From assembly GCA_964385105.1 (NCBI GenBank), contig CAYLMU010000001.1:369936-433935 (forward strand): a stretch of 64,000 bases of DNA, in the 5' to 3' direction. Every line of letters starts with the position of its first letter. The first letter of the stretch is position 1. The stretch is from an uncultured Candidatus Saccharibacteria bacterium. Lineage in GTDB: Bacteria; Patescibacteriota; WWE3; UBA101185; UBA10185. Position numbers and translations under genes: made by a program. Below the pieces are notes generated by a model that was not told the origin of the DNA, did no database searches, and worked only from the letters and a program-made list of their open reading frames with translations. This document shows, piece by piece, positions 1 to 10,961 of the stretch.

Positions 1-604
1 TGCACACGAACTTTTAAAGGACAATAAGAATAAAGAAATTATTTATGACGTTAAATGTTCACAGTTACTTGAAGACCTTGTACCGCAATGGGGTGGTATA
101 CCCAAAATGATTAGAACAGGTCATGCGTTTTTTGTAGAACAAGTGCGTAAAGCCGAGTCAATCGGTGGTGAATACTCAGGACACATGTATTTTGCCGACA
201 GATACTTTGGATATGATGACGGTTTATATACTGCATTGAGACTGATTGAACTGATGGAGTCAAAGAATATGAAACTATCGGAATTAATGAAGAATTTTCC
301 TGTACGGGTAAATACGCCTGAAATAAAAATAGCAGTTGATGACAAGAAAAAATTTGAAATAGTAGAAGCAGTGAAAAACGAAATTTATAAGCAAAAAGCT
401 ACATACAAAAATATTTCCACAATAGATGGAATAAGGGTTGCTGTTAGTGATTCTGGATGGTTTTTGATAAGGCCGTCTAACACAAATCCATATTTAAGTA
501 TTAGAGCCGAAGGTGAAAATAACGAAGAAGTTTCAAGTTTGGTAACAACAATTATTGATTTATTACGAAAAGTCGGTGTTGATGTAAATGACCAAATCTA
601 TTAA
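1..604 (+). CDS. phosphoglucomutase/phosphomannomutase, C-terminal part (5' end lies outside the window)
   Basis: The frame is open from position 2 with no upstream stop. The GEYSGHMYF motif matches the GE(S/Y)SGH phosphohexomutase motif, and the C-terminal alpha/beta domain is conserved. Confidence 0.7.
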   Translation, partial: AHELLKDNKNKEIIYDVKCSQLLEDLVPQWGGIPKMIRTGHAFFVEQVRKAESIGGEYSGHMYFADRYFGYDDGLYTALRLIELMESKNMKLSELMKNFPVRVNTPEIKIAVDDKKKFEIVEAVKNEIYKQKATYKNISTIDGIRVAVSDSGWFLIRPSNTNPYLSIRAEGENNEEVSSLVTTIIDLLRKVGVDVNDQIY

Positions 605-613
605 CATGAATAT

Positions 614-2989
614 ATGAATAAAAATACTGCTCATATACTTTGGTTTGACGAAATTCACAAAGATGACATTCCATATGTAGGAGGCAAGGGTGCAAATCTG
701 GGTGAAATGGTAAATGCGGGAATTCCGGTACCAAATGGATTTGTTGTAACTGCCAAAGCATATTATGACTTTTTAAAGTCCACTTCACTGAAAGAAAAAA
801 TAACAACAGAATTAACCGGACTTGACATGAATGATTCAAATAAGCTGATTGCAGCATCACAGCATATTGAAACGGCAATTATGGCAGCTGAAATGCCCGC
901 AAAAATACAACAGGAAATAAAGGAGGCTTATCATAAATTATCGGGTGAGTTTGATAAATTAGTTGCTGTTAGATCTTCGGCAACTGCGGAAGATTTACCT
1001 GACGCATCATTTGCAGGTCAACAGGAGACTTTTTTAAACATAAAAGGTTATAAGGATGTTGTAAAACATGTTCAAAAAGCCTGGGCTTCATTATTTGAGC
1101 CTCGAGCAATTTTTTATAGAACAGACAAGGGATACGACCACCTTAAAGTTGGAATTGCTGTACCGGTACAGCTTATGATTCAATCTGAAATTTCAGGAAT
1201 TATGTTTACCGTGAATCCGTTAACAAATGATAAAGGCGAAGTTTCAGTTGAAGCTGCCTGGGGACTTGGACAGCCTATTGTTTCAGGTGAAATAACCCCT
1301 GATCAATTTATATACAACAAATCGCAAGACAAAATTGTTTACAAACATATTGCTGAACAAACATGGCAGTTTACATTGGCAGGAAAAGTTCCCGTTTCAA
1401 AAGCATATCAGAATGTTCAAAAAATGTCGGACAAACATGTGAAAGAACTTGCACAAATGGGTGTAAAAATTGAGAAACATTATGGAAGGCCACAGGATAT
1501 TGAGTGGGGAATGGAAGGAGGAAAGCTTTATATTGTGCAATCCCGACCGGTGACTACAATAAAGGATGAGTCTGAATCAAAGGAAGATTTTGAGGTTAAA
1601 GTTGATATTAAAAATGCAGGTGTGTTTATTGCCGAAGGTTTAGGTGCATCCCCCGGAGTTTCAAGCGGAAAAGTAAAAATAATCAAAGATCCATCTGAAA
1701 TTCACAAAGTAAAAGATGGAGATATTTTGGTAGCAGAAATGACAAATCCGGACTATGTTCCGGCAATGCGTAGAGCTAGTGCCATTGTTACCGATATGGG
1801 CGGCAGAACTTCACACGCAGCAATTGTTAGCCGGGAATTGGGAATTCCTGCAATTGTGGGTTGTGGAAATGTAACAAAGGTCTTAAGAGAAGATGAGGTT
1901 ATAACAGTAGATGGATTTGAAGGAAAAATATATGAGGGGGAGCATTTAATCAAAGAAAAAATTGAAAACAGCAAAAAGGCAAACGCAGACCTTAAAACAG
2001 CAACAAAAATATATGTAAATCTTGCAGAACCCGAACTTGCAGAAGACTTGGCCAAAAGAAATGTTGACGGTGTGGGGTTATTGAGAGCCGAGTTTATGAT
2101 TGCAGCAATTGGGAAACACCCGAGAAAATTTATTGAAGAAAAAAAACAACAGGAATTTGTTGATCAGCTGGTTGACGGGCTTGAAAAATTTGCAAAAGCA
2201 TTTTACCCAAAACCCGTTGTTTATCGAGCAACCGATTTTAGATCAAATGAATATAAAAACTTAATCGGCGGTGACAAATATGAAGAAGATGAACCAAACC
2301 CCATGATCGGATTTAGAGGTGCTTATAGATATATTGTAGATGATGAAGTTTTTACGCTGGAACTTGAGGCAATAAAAACCGTTAGAAATAAGCTTGGTTT
2401 TAAGAATTTACATATGATGATTCCTTTTGTGAGAACAGTTGAACAGTTGCGGGAAGTTAAAAAAATAATGTCTTCGAATTATTTAAGAAGAAGTGGTTCA
2501 TTTAAGCTATGGATGATGGTTGAAATTCCGTCAAATGTGATAATGCTGGATGAATTTATAAAAGAAGGTATTGACGGTGTATCAATTGGAAGCAACGATT
2601 TAACAATGCTTATTTTAGGTGTAGATCGAGATAACGCCAAGGTGGCAGATGTTTATAATGAACTTGATCCTGCAGTTTTGGCTAGCTTGGAAAAAATTGT
2701 TACAACATGCAAAAGGCACAAAATAACGTGTTCAATCTGCGGGCAAGCTCCGTCAGTTTACCCTGAATTGGTAGAAAAGCTAGTTGAATGGGGAATAACG
2801 TCTGTATCAATTAGCCCTGACATAATTGAATCCACACGAGAAAATGTTTATAACGCTGAAAAAAAACTATTAGGTGATAGAAATAAGCATAATACAAAAT
2901 CTAAAGCGCCTGCAAAAAAGATTGTTAAAACAAAATCTGAAACAAAAGCTAAGAAAACCTTTTCAAAAACAAAAACAAAGAAAAAATAG
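614..2989 (+). CDS. ppsA: phosphoenolpyruvate synthase (pyruvate, water dikinase)
   Basis: 791 aa with the PEP-utilising-enzyme phosphohistidine mobile domain motif GGRTSHAAIVSRELGIPAIVGCG. It also has an N-terminal ATP-grasp-like region and a C-terminal TIM-barrel PEP-binding domain. There is an unusual ~35-aa Lys-rich C-terminal tail. Confidence 0.9.
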   Translation: MNKNTAHILWFDEIHKDDIPYVGGKGANLGEMVNAGIPVPNGFVVTAKAYYDFLKSTSLKEKITTELTGLDMNDSNKLIAASQHIETAIMAAEMPAKIQQEIKEAYHKLSGEFDKLVAVRSSATAEDLPDASFAGQQETFLNIKGYKDVVKHVQKAWASLFEPRAIFYRTDKGYDHLKVGIAVPVQLMIQSEISGIMFTVNPLTNDKGEVSVEAAWGLGQPIVSGEITPDQFIYNKSQDKIVYKHIAEQTWQFTLAGKVPVSKAYQNVQKMSDKHVKELAQMGVKIEKHYGRPQDIEWGMEGGKLYIVQSRPVTTIKDESESKEDFEVKVDIKNAGVFIAEGLGASPGVSSGKVKIIKDPSEIHKVKDGDILVAEMTNPDYVPAMRRASAIVTDMGGRTSHAAIVSRELGIPAIVGCGNVTKVLREDEVITVDGFEGKIYEGEHLIKEKIENSKKANADLKTATKIYVNLAEPELAEDLAKRNVDGVGLLRAEFMIAAIGKHPRKFIEEKKQQEFVDQLVDGLEKFAKAFYPKPVVYRATDFRSNEYKNLIGGDKYEEDEPNPMIGFRGAYRYIVDDEVFTLELEAIKTVRNKLGFKNLHMMIPFVRTVEQLREVKKIMSSNYLRRSGSFKLWMMVEIPSNVIMLDEFIKEGIDGVSIGSNDLTMLILGVDRDNAKVADVYNELDPAVLASLEKIVTTCKRHKITCSICGQAPSVYPELVEKLVEWGITSVSISPDIIESTRENVYNAEKKLLGDRNKHNTKSKAPAKKIVKTKSETKAKKTFSKTKTKKK

Positions 2990-2992
2990 TTT

Positions 2993-4207
2993 ATGTCAAA
3001 AATAAAATCCATTACATGTCACAAAGTGCTTGATTCCAGGGGAAACTGGACAATTGAAACACATGTAGAGCTTGAAGACGGTTCTCAAGGTGCACAAACA
3101 GTTCCTGATGGAGCCTCAAAAGGCGAGAATGAAGCAATATATGTTTCAGCTGATAAAGCTATTGAAATAGTACAACATCCAATTGCAGATTTGTTGAGGG
3201 GAAAAGATGCTACTGATCAAAAAGAAATTGACCGGTTAATGCTTGAAATGGACGGAACCATTAACAAATCACATTTAGGCGGAAATAGTATGTTATCAGT
3301 TTCATTAGCCAATGCAAAAGCTGCCGCACAATTTAAGAAAGTAGAGTTATTTGAACATTTAGCAAGTCTTGGGGGTTATTCAGTTATAAACCCAAAACTT
3401 CCAACACCGGTTTTTAACGTTTTGAATGGTGGTAAACATGCACATAATGGATTGTCATTTCAGGAATTTATGGTAATTCCAAACAGTGCAATGGAATTTG
3501 ATAAAGCAATGGAGCTTGGTGTAGCAGTGTATCACTCTCTAAAAGAAAAGCTTAGCCAAGACGGTTATGATACCGACGTAGGTGATGAGGGGGGATTTGC
3601 GCCAAACAATTTTACTGTTGAAAAAGCTTTGGACTATTTAGTTAAGGCAATTGAGGGCAATTACAAATTAGGCGAAGATGTATTTTTTGGAATGGATGTT
3701 GCAGCAGAAAGCTTTTATGACCATAAAAATTACATAATTAAAGAGCAGGAACTTATTTTGAACTCTGTTGAGCTTGGTGGGTTTTATGCAAAATTGTTAA
3801 AAAAATATCCGTTGATTTACCTTGAAGACCCGTTTTATGAGGGAGATTACAGTGCGTGGAAAGAGTTTTGTGAAAAGTATGGCGCTCAATTAATGGTTGT
3901 TGGTGATGATTTAGTAGTAACAAATCCAAGATACTTGAAAAAAGCAATAAATGAAAAGTTAGCAAACGCAGTTATTGTAAAGCCCAATCAAGTCGGAACT
4001 TTGACTGAAACATTGGAATTTGTTAAAAATGCTCAAGACGCCGATATGGCAATATGCATTTCTCACAGAAGCGGAGATACAGGTGAAGATACATTCATTG
4101 CAGATTTAGCGGTTGCGGTTGGTGCCGAATTTATGAAATCTGGTGCGCCTGCGCGTGGTGAAAGAACGGTTAAGTATAATAGATTGTTGGAAATTTACGG
4201 CAATTAA
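2993..4207 (+). CDS. eno: enolase (phosphopyruvate hydratase)
   Basis: 404 aa containing the enolase signature SHRSGDTGEDTFIADLAVA and an N-terminal enolase fold. The gene starts 3 nt after the ppsA stop. Confidence 0.95.
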   Translation: MSKIKSITCHKVLDSRGNWTIETHVELEDGSQGAQTVPDGASKGENEAIYVSADKAIEIVQHPIADLLRGKDATDQKEIDRLMLEMDGTINKSHLGGNSMLSVSLANAKAAAQFKKVELFEHLASLGGYSVINPKLPTPVFNVLNGGKHAHNGLSFQEFMVIPNSAMEFDKAMELGVAVYHSLKEKLSQDGYDTDVGDEGGFAPNNFTVEKALDYLVKAIEGNYKLGEDVFFGMDVAAESFYDHKNYIIKEQELILNSVELGGFYAKLLKKYPLIYLEDPFYEGDYSAWKEFCEKYGAQLMVVGDDLVVTNPRYLKKAINEKLANAVIVKPNQVGTLTETLEFVKNAQDADMAICISHRSGDTGEDTFIADLAVAVGAEFMKSGAPARGERTVKYNRLLEIYGN

Positions 4208-4222
4208 TTATTTTACAATTAG

Positions 4223-4927
4223 CTATTTTATTGAGTACGCTGCATAATCTCTACCAAGAGGTGTTTCAATATGAGCTGTTTCTTCATCCGTGAGGCCTTC
4301 AAAGCGTTGCCTTATTCCTCTTATCGAATTACCGTGGCACGATATTGCCACATTTAATTTATGTTCCCTCATCAAAGGCAAAATCTCGTCTAAAAATTCG
4401 TTAACGCGTTTAATCACCATTTCCATGCTTTCACCATTTGGCGGCACGGTTGAGTAGCTGCGGCGATATTTGTCGCTTAGCTCAGGATTTTCAAGATAAA
4501 ATTCAAGCTTGCTTTTGCCTTGCAGGTCGCCGTAGCTGCGTTCTTTTATTCGCGGGTCTTTTATGATTTCTAAAGTTTTTGCGTGTTCGTTTTTTGACAC
4601 GGCAATTTCCATGGTTTTTATTGCTCGAATCAGGTCAGACGCCACTAAAATGTCAAACTTTTTGTCTTTTAAACTTTCAGCCAGTATTTCTGCCTGTTTA
4701 ACGCCGTTCTCGGTTAAATCAACATCCCGCCACCCGCTGTGCAGCATGTCTGCGTTGTCTTGGGTTTCACCATGTCTAAAAACATATAAAATGGGGTAAT
4801 TAGGGTTTTCATCTTTTGGCAGCGGGTCAACATTTTTGTATGTTAAATATTTTATCGCTTCATCTACTTTGTCTTTACCGTATTTTTTGTAATAAATTTC
4901 AAATTGGGCAGGAGTCAACATAAACAA
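4223..4927 (-). CDS. histidine phosphatase family protein (phosphoglycerate mutase-like)
   Basis: It carries the RHGETQDN catalytic RHG motif and a downstream His (ISCHGNSIR) typical of the GpmB/histidine phosphatase superfamily. It is convergent with eno. Confidence 0.8.
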   Translation of the reverse strand: MFMLTPAQFEIYYKKYGKDKVDEAIKYLTYKNVDPLPKDENPNYPILYVFRHGETQDNADMLHSGWRDVDLTENGVKQAEILAESLKDKKFDILVASDLIRAIKTMEIAVSKNEHAKTLEIIKDPRIKERSYGDLQGKSKLEFYLENPELSDKYRRSYSTVPPNGESMEMVIKRVNEFLDEILPLMREHKLNVAISCHGNSIRGIRQRFEGLTDEETAHIETPLGRDYAAYSIK

Positions 4928-4965
4928 ATAGTAGCATATATAAGATCATCTGTTAAAATGGTCAC

Positions 4966-5640
4966 ATGCATATTTTCTCAACAATTACTGCTTACCTTGA
5001 AGATTTGTCAAAAGTAGTACCGGTTGACATTTTTACTTTCGTAGGAGCATTAGTTGAGGAAATTATTGCTCCGATTCCATCGCCGGTAATTATGACATTG
5101 GCTGGATCAATTTCGAGTTCACAAGATAAAGCTATGTTATTTTTGTTATGGCTGGCGTTTGTTGGAGGACTGGGAAAAATAATAGGCTCGGTATTTTTGT
5201 ATGTTGTTTCAGATAAAGCTGAAGATGTATTGCTTGGACGATTTGGTAAATTTATAGGAATCACTCATAAAGAGGTTGAAGGTTGGGGAAAACACTTTAA
5301 CGGAGGAAATAAAGAATTTTTATTAATTTTAGTTTTACGTGCAATACCCATTGTTCCAACCGCTCCAATATCTGTGGTTGCCGGTGTGCTTAAACTAAAC
5401 TTTAAATCTTACATTTCAGGCTCGTTTATTGGTTATATAATAAGAAACTTAATTTATTTGTACATTGGTTATGTAGGTCATGAATCTTACCAGAACATAC
5501 TTGAGGGTCTTGATAGTGTTGAATCAATTGTACAGTTGTTGATAGGCGGCACACTAGTTGGAATTGTGGGATGGATGTACTACAAACGTAACAAAGTTGA
5601 CGCTGTTGAGATCATTAAATCCCGCATGAACCGCAATTAA
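4966..5640 (+). CDS. DedA/VTT-domain membrane protein
   Basis: Multi-TM protein with the conserved DedA/SNARE-associated core (EEIIAPIPSPVIMTLAG ... G). Confidence 0.65.
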   Translation: MHIFSTITAYLEDLSKVVPVDIFTFVGALVEEIIAPIPSPVIMTLAGSISSSQDKAMLFLLWLAFVGGLGKIIGSVFLYVVSDKAEDVLLGRFGKFIGITHKEVEGWGKHFNGGNKEFLLILVLRAIPIVPTAPISVVAGVLKLNFKSYISGSFIGYIIRNLIYLYIGYVGHESYQNILEGLDSVESIVQLLIGGTLVGIVGWMYYKRNKVDAVEIIKSRMNRN

Positions 5641-5654
5641 GCTATACCCTTAAA

Positions 5655-6287
5655 TTATTTATTGTATTTTCTAATTACTCCAGTTACTTTGCCTTGAATC
5701 TGAAGATTTTCAGCATCAACAATAATAGGATCCATTTGACTGTTTGCCGGTTGTAATCTTATTTTCCCGTTTTTTTCTCTATAAAATGATTTTAAAGTGG
5801 CAAACGATTCATCAAGTAGAGCAACAACTATGTCACCGTCTTCTGCAGTTTCCTGGTGCTGAATTACAACAAAATCACCGTCAAATATACCTTCTTCTAT
5901 CATAGAATCACCTCTAACCTGCAAAACATAGCATCTTTTAACTTTTGATACTAAGTCAGGTGACACTGAAATTGTTTCTAGAGGGTTTTCAATAGCTTCA
6001 ATAGGTTCGCCCGCTGCAATGTAGCCTACAAGAGGGAGATCAATACCATGAAGTGCTGCGCTTACTGATTCATCTACTATTTCGATTCCTCTAACAGCAC
6101 CTTCAAATCTTTTAATTACATTTTTTCTTTCTAAGGTTTGCAGGTGTTCATGAACTGTAGCAAGTGATGAAAGGCTCATAGCGTCTGCTATTTCCTGCAA
6201 AGTCGGGGAACACCCGTTTTTTTGAATATATTGAGAAATATAGTCTAGAATTTGTTTTTGACGTTTATAAAGTGTTACTGGGCTCAT
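5655..6287 (-). CDS. lexA: LexA repressor (S24 peptidase)
   Basis: N-terminal winged-helix region (LQEIADAMSLSSLATVHEHLQTLERKNVI), an Ala-Gly cleavage region, and a C-terminal S24 domain with VRGDSM and a Lys dyad. It is divergent from uvrB. Confidence 0.9.
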   Translation of the reverse strand: MSPVTLYKRQKQILDYISQYIQKNGCSPTLQEIADAMSLSSLATVHEHLQTLERKNVIKRFEGAVRGIEIVDESVSAALHGIDLPLVGYIAAGEPIEAIENPLETISVSPDLVSKVKRCYVLQVRGDSMIEEGIFDGDFVVIQHQETAEDGDIVVALLDESFATLKSFYREKNGKIRLQPANSQMDPIIVDAENLQIQGKVTGVIRKYNK

Positions 6288-6366
6288 TAAAGTTTCCTTA
6301 AATTTAATACTTTGGCTTTTTTTCGGCTGAATAAATAATACCGAACTCTACCCGAAGATGTCAACA

Positions 6367-6380
6367 CTCAAATTTTTGAG
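6367..6380. promoter_or_regulatory. perfect 6-2-6 palindrome CTCAAA-TT-TTTGAG in the lexA/uvrB divergent intergenic region; candidate LexA operator
   Basis: Seen directly, about 40 bp upstream of the uvrB ATG and overlapping the likely -35/-10 region. It matches no canonical SOS-box class, so the operator call is inference. Confidence 0.3.
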
Positions 6381-6421
6381 ATTTTCCAAACAAAACCCAA
6401 AAGTCATGATAAAATAGCTAT

Positions 6422-8497
6422 GTGTTTGATTTACAATCCAATTACAAACCAACAGGTGATCAACCGAAGGCAATTGAGCAGCTAACCAAAGGTGTACTGG
6501 ATGATAAGAAACACCAGGTTTTACTTGGTGTCACGGGTAGCGGAAAAACTTTTACCGCGGCAAATGTAATACAAAATGTTTCAAAACCATCTCTTATTAT
6601 TTCCCACAACAAAACATTGGCGGCTCAGCTGTACCAGGAGTTTAGGGATTTTTTTCCAAATAATGCTGTTGAGTTTTTTGTAAGTTATTACGATTATTAT
6701 CAGCCCGAAAGTTATATTCCTCATACTGATACATATATTGAAAAAGACGCGGATATTAATGAAGAGATTGACAAATTAAGGCTGTCTGCCACAACGTCAC
6801 TTATGACAAGAAAAGATGTAATTATTGTTGCGTCGGTATCCTGTATTTATAACCTGGGATCGCCTGCAGAATATTCCAAAGTAGCTTTAGAATTGAAAGA
6901 GGGCATGAAACTTAGACAATTAGACTTGTTGAAACGTTTGGATCAGATTCATTATGACCGAGATGAGTATGATTTTAAGCGCGGTACATACAGAGTTCGT
7001 GGGGATGTAATTGATGTGTATCCGGCTTATTTGGAGTATGCGGTACGGCTTGAACTTTTTGGTGATAATTTGGCAAATATTAGTTTTTTTGACCCTTTAA
7101 CCGGAAACCAGGTAGACAGAACAGGTTTACCCGTTGAAAGAAGAGGCAGCCATACAAAATCACAAACTATGGATGAACAGACTTACAACGAACTGCGTAT
7201 GAAAGAAGGCGGATTTGTTGAAATTTATCCTGCCAAGCACTATATAACCGCAGAAGAAAGAAGAGAAAGTGCATTGCAACAAATTGAATTTGACCTTCAA
7301 CTAAGGTTAAAAGATTTAAGAGATATGGGTAAAATGGTTGAAGCATATCGTCTTGAACAAAAAACCATGTATGACCTTGAAATGATTCGTGAAATTGGTT
7401 ATTGCAAAGGAATTGAGAATTATTCCAGGTACTTTGACGGACGTGCTCCGGGTGCCAAGCCTTATACACTCATGGACTTTTTTCCGGAAGATTATTTAAT
7501 TATTATTGATGAATCTCATATAACGATTCCGCAAATTAGAGGTATGCACAATGGTGATCAGGCAAGAAAAAAGAATTTGATTGATTACGGATTTAGACTC
7601 CCTTCGGCTTATGATAACAGGCCTTTAAATTTTGATGAATTTATGCAGAATACTAATCAGCTGGTTTATACCAGTGCTACCCCCTCGACGTGGGAATTGG
7701 AAATTTCAAACAAAAACATTGCCGAACAATTAATAAGGCCCACAGGAATTACAGACCCCATAATTCACCTCAAACCGACAAAAGGTCAAATGGAAGACTT
7801 GCTTAGTTTGATTAAAGAAAGAACAGCAAAAGGTGAGCGTACATTGGTAACTACCTTAACAAAAAGAATGGCAGAAGAATTATCGTCATATTTGGTTGAA
7901 AAAGAAGTAAAAGTAACTTATTTGCATTCAGACATTGTAACGCTTGAGCGAACCAATATTCTTGATGATTTACGTCGCGGGAATTACGACGTGCTTGTGG
8001 GAATTAATTTATTGCGTGAAGGTCTTGACCTGCCTGAAGTATCATTGGTAGCAATATTGGATGCAGATAAAGAAGGCTTTTTGAGATCGGAATCATCGCT
8101 TATACAAACAATGGGAAGAGCTGCAAGACATATTAGCGGTGAAGTGGTGATGTACGCCGATAATGTCACCGGTAGCATGAAGAAAGCAATAGAAGAGGTT
8201 GAAAGAAGAAGAAAAATTCAGGAAGAATATAACCGTGAACACAACATTATTCCAATGAGTATTCAAAAACCGGTTAGAGAAAAGCTCATTGACGAAATAC
8301 TGCAGGAGCAACTTGCCAATAAAAATAAAATTGTGCATGAAGTTGATTATATGCAGCTCCCTCCAAATGAACTTAAAAAAGAAATTAAGAAGCTTGAAGA
8401 AACAATGAGATATGAAGCCGAGACCCTAAACTTTGAAAAAGCAGCATCATTACGCGATGAAATACGAAAAATTAAGAAAATGACAAAAATCAATTAA
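6422..8497 (+). CDS. uvrB: excinuclease ABC subunit B
   Basis: 691 aa with the helicase Walker A motif GVTGSGKTF, the UvrB beta-hairpin region, and a C-terminal UVR domain ([20 protein letters not shown]). Confidence 0.95.
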   Translation: MFDLQSNYKPTGDQPKAIEQLTKGVLDDKKHQVLLGVTGSGKTFTAANVIQNVSKPSLIISHNKTLAAQLYQEFRDFFPNNAVEFFVSYYDYYQPESYIPHTDTYIEKDADINEEIDKLRLSATTSLMTRKDVIIVASVSCIYNLGSPAEYSKVALELKEGMKLRQLDLLKRLDQIHYDRDEYDFKRGTYRVRGDVIDVYPAYLEYAVRLELFGDNLANISFFDPLTGNQVDRTGLPVERRGSHTKSQTMDEQTYNELRMKEGGFVEIYPAKHYITAEERRESALQQIEFDLQLRLKDLRDMGKMVEAYRLEQKTMYDLEMIREIGYCKGIENYSRYFDGRAPGAKPYTLMDFFPEDYLIIIDESHITIPQIRGMHNGDQARKKNLIDYGFRLPSAYDNRPLNFDEFMQNTNQLVYTSATPSTWELEISNKNIAEQLIRPTGITDPIIHLKPTKGQMEDLLSLIKERTAKGERTLVTTLTKRMAEELSSYLVEKEVKVTYLHSDIVTLERTNILDDLRRGNYDVLVGINLLREGLDLPEVSLVAILDADKEGFLRSESSLIQTMGRAARHISGEVVMYADNVTGSMKKAIEEVERRRKIQEEYNREHNIIPMSIQKPVREKLIDEILQEQLANKNKIVHEVDYMQLPPNELKKEIKKLEETMRYEAETLNFEKAASLRDEIRKIKKMTKIN

Positions 8498-8603
8498 CAT
8501 TAGTTCATTTATCCTGTAGTTGTCTATATAATACATATACAAGAATAGTTTTTTTGACGTGTCCGGTGCTTAATTTAAGTCCGGATTTATTAAATTAGCT
8601 CCT

Positions 8604-10937
8604 ATGACAAATGAAAAGATACCTGCCAAGACAACTGAAGAGAGTTTGTTTGTACACATTCTGCTTTTCCCCTTGGGCTTTGTGAACAGTTTAGGGTCGG
8701 TGATACTCACAGCTATTGAAAAACTGATTAAATTCGGCAGGAATTTTTTGCGCATCAAGTTTCAAGTTAAAATTCCAAAATTTAATAAAAAAACTTTAAA
8801 ATTAGATTCTTTGAAAGTACGTTATAGTATTTTTAATAAAAAAAACACCAAGTCAGCCACACAAAGAGCTAAAGCCAAAAAAAATAAGAAAATCCGAAAA
8901 AAGCCAAAACAGGTAAAAAAGGCAAAAGTCAGGCGAAAAGGCATTTTACGCCCGGTTGGAGCTTTTGCAACCGGAAGTATGCTTACTTTTACTTTAACAG
9001 TTTTACCTGTATATGCTTATATTTGGTTCAAAGAGTTGCCGCAGCCGGAATTACTAACGCAGCAAGGTCATAATCAGTCCACCAAAATTCTTGATAGAAA
9101 AGGCAGATTATTATATGAAATTTATATAGACAAAAATTATGACAGGGTTGAGCTTAACGAGATCCCTGAGCATGTTATTCAGGCAACTTTAGCCATTGAA
9201 GATGCCGGGTTTTACACTCACCATGGATTTAATTTATCAAGCATAGTTAGAGCAGCTAAATCTACACTTATTGATAATAAAGTACAAGGAGCATCTACAA
9301 TTACCCAGCAATTAATAAAAAATGTACTTTTAACCCCCGAGCAAACTATTTCAAGAAAAGCAAAAGAGCTTGTACTGGCGGTTTTAGTGGAGAAACAATA
9401 CTCAAAAGATGAAATACTTGAACTATATTTAAACAATATTCCTTATGGAGGCACTTCTTATGGAGTACAAGCCGCTTCAAAGAAGTATTTTGGTAAAAGT
9501 GTTGGGGAGCTTGACTTGGCTGAAGCTGCAATGTTGGCCGGGTTACCAACTGCTCCGTCAATTTATTCACCTGTAAGCGGTGACTATGAGTTGGCCAAGA
9601 AACAGCAAAAACTAACTTTAGATAGAATGGTTGATCTTGGTTATATTTCACGCCAAAAGGCAGATGAAGCGTATGCTCAAGAACTTACTTTTGCACCTCA
9701 AACTGATTACATTAGAGCGCCGCATTTTGTTACTTATGTTAGAAATGAGCTTTATGAAATGTATGGACAAAGAATGGTAGATTTAGGCGGTTTAACGGTT
9801 ACAACAACATTAGATTTGGATATGCAGGAAGAGGTTCAGAATATTGTTCGAGAAGAAGTAAAAAATCATTCCCAGTATAATATTTCAAATGGAGCAGCAA
9901 TTGTGCTTGATTCGCGTTCCGGCGGGATATTAGCTTATGTTGGTTCGGTTGATTATTTTTCTGAAGAAGACGGCAAGTTTGATGTTGTTTCGGCATATAG
10001 ACAACCGGGATCTTCAATAAAGCCCGTGACTTATGCACTAGCTTTTGAGAATGGGTATACACCTGCAACAACAATAAATGATTCCAAAGTAACATATCAA
10101 TATGACGGCCAATCTTATACACCCAAGAATTATGATAATAAATTTCGTGGCATGGTTACTTTACGCCAGGCTTTGGCAAATTCTTATAATATACCGGCAG
10201 TAAAACTTTTAAATTCGGTGGGAATGCATAAAATGGTTGAGCTTGGGAATGAATTGGGGTTAAAGAATTGGACGGCACGTGATAATTCATATGGTTTGTC
10301 TATAACATTGGGAGGAAAAGAAGTGAGACTGCTTGATCTTACCAATGTTTATGCCACATTTTCACGAGGGGGGATTTATAAAGAAACAACGCCATTTATT
10401 ACTATAAAAGATTCTTACGGGTTTGTAATATATGACTTGGGCAGTGTTAACGAAAAAAGAGTATTAAAGCCGGAAACAACATATATTTTAACAAGCATTT
10501 TGTCGGACAATAATGCTAGGGCATCAGCTTTTGGCTCAAACAGTAAACTAGTTATTCCGGGTCATACGGTTGCAGTAAAAACAGGCACAACTAACGATAT
10601 AAGGGATAATTTAACTTTAGGATACACTCCTACATATACTGTTGGGGTTTGGGTTGGCAACAACAATAATGAGCCAATGAATCCCAGGCTTGCGTCGGGC
10701 TTGACGGGGGCAGCCCCGTTATGGAATCGCATTTTTACATCTGTGCTTGAAAATACACCAAATGAACCATTTGTAATTCCCGAAGGAATCGCAATAAAAC
10801 ACGACAGTACTTGTAATAGGGTTGAGGTGTTTAACAAAGAGTTTAAGATACCCGATAATTTGTGTAATAATATTCGCAAAGCCAGTGCTGCTCCAGATGA
10901 AGAAGACAGAGATAAAGAAATAAATCAGCCGCTGTAA
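8604..10937 (+). CDS. class A penicillin-binding protein (bifunctional GT51 transglycosylase / transpeptidase)
   Basis: GT51 motifs (IEDAGFYTHHGFN, TITQQL) and the transpeptidase motifs SSIKP (SxxK), SYN and KTGTT. It has an N-terminal Lys/Arg-rich segment followed by a TM helix. The true start may be an internal Met. Confidence 0.85.
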   Translation: MTNEKIPAKTTEESLFVHILLFPLGFVNSLGSVILTAIEKLIKFGRNFLRIKFQVKIPKFNKKTLKLDSLKVRYSIFNKKNTKSATQRAKAKKNKKIRKKPKQVKKAKVRRKGILRPVGAFATGSMLTFTLTVLPVYAYIWFKELPQPELLTQQGHNQSTKILDRKGRLLYEIYIDKNYDRVELNEIPEHVIQATLAIEDAGFYTHHGFNLSSIVRAAKSTLIDNKVQGASTITQQLIKNVLLTPEQTISRKAKELVLAVLVEKQYSKDEILELYLNNIPYGGTSYGVQAASKKYFGKSVGELDLAEAAMLAGLPTAPSIYSPVSGDYELAKKQQKLTLDRMVDLGYISRQKADEAYAQELTFAPQTDYIRAPHFVTYVRNELYEMYGQRMVDLGGLTVTTTLDLDMQEEVQNIVREEVKNHSQYNISNGAAIVLDSRSGGILAYVGSVDYFSEEDGKFDVVSAYRQPGSSIKPVTYALAFENGYTPATTINDSKVTYQYDGQSYTPKNYDNKFRGMVTLRQALANSYNIPAVKLLNSVGMHKMVELGNELGLKNWTARDNSYGLSITLGGKEVRLLDLTNVYATFSRGGIYKETTPFITIKDSYGFVIYDLGSVNEKRVLKPETTYILTSILSDNNARASAFGSNSKLVIPGHTVAVKTGTTNDIRDNLTLGYTPTYTVGVWVGNNNNEPMNPRLASGLTGAAPLWNRIFTSVLENTPNEPFVIPEGIAIKHDSTCNRVEVFNKEFKIPDNLCNNIRKASAAPDEEDRDKEINQPL

Positions 10938-10961
10938 AATTGCTATAATTTTATAAAGGGG

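Noticed and set aside
552-878. Antisense and embedded ORFs from the six-frame track (for example 552-878-, 1753-2055-, 7167-7469-, 9346-9651-, 52841-53242-, 63268-63660+)
   Set aside because: All lie inside, or antisense to, genes with strong family-level motifs (ppsA, uvrB, PBP, ClpC-like, DedA). They have low-complexity or stop-poor AT-rich composition typical of spurious frames.
6288-6421. Gram-positive-type LexA box (CGAAC-N4-GTTCG) between lexA and uvrB
   Set aside because: A CCGAACTCTACCCGAAG stretch contains CGAAC, but the partner half is not complementary. Only the CTCAAA-TT-TTTGAG palindrome is a real inverted repeat, and it was reported instead with low confidence.
8498-8603. Promoter TTGACG-N17-TTAAGT upstream of the PBP gene
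   Set aside because: The -10 candidate is poor (TTAAGT). It is plausible but not distinctive enough in an AT-rich genome to report as a feature.
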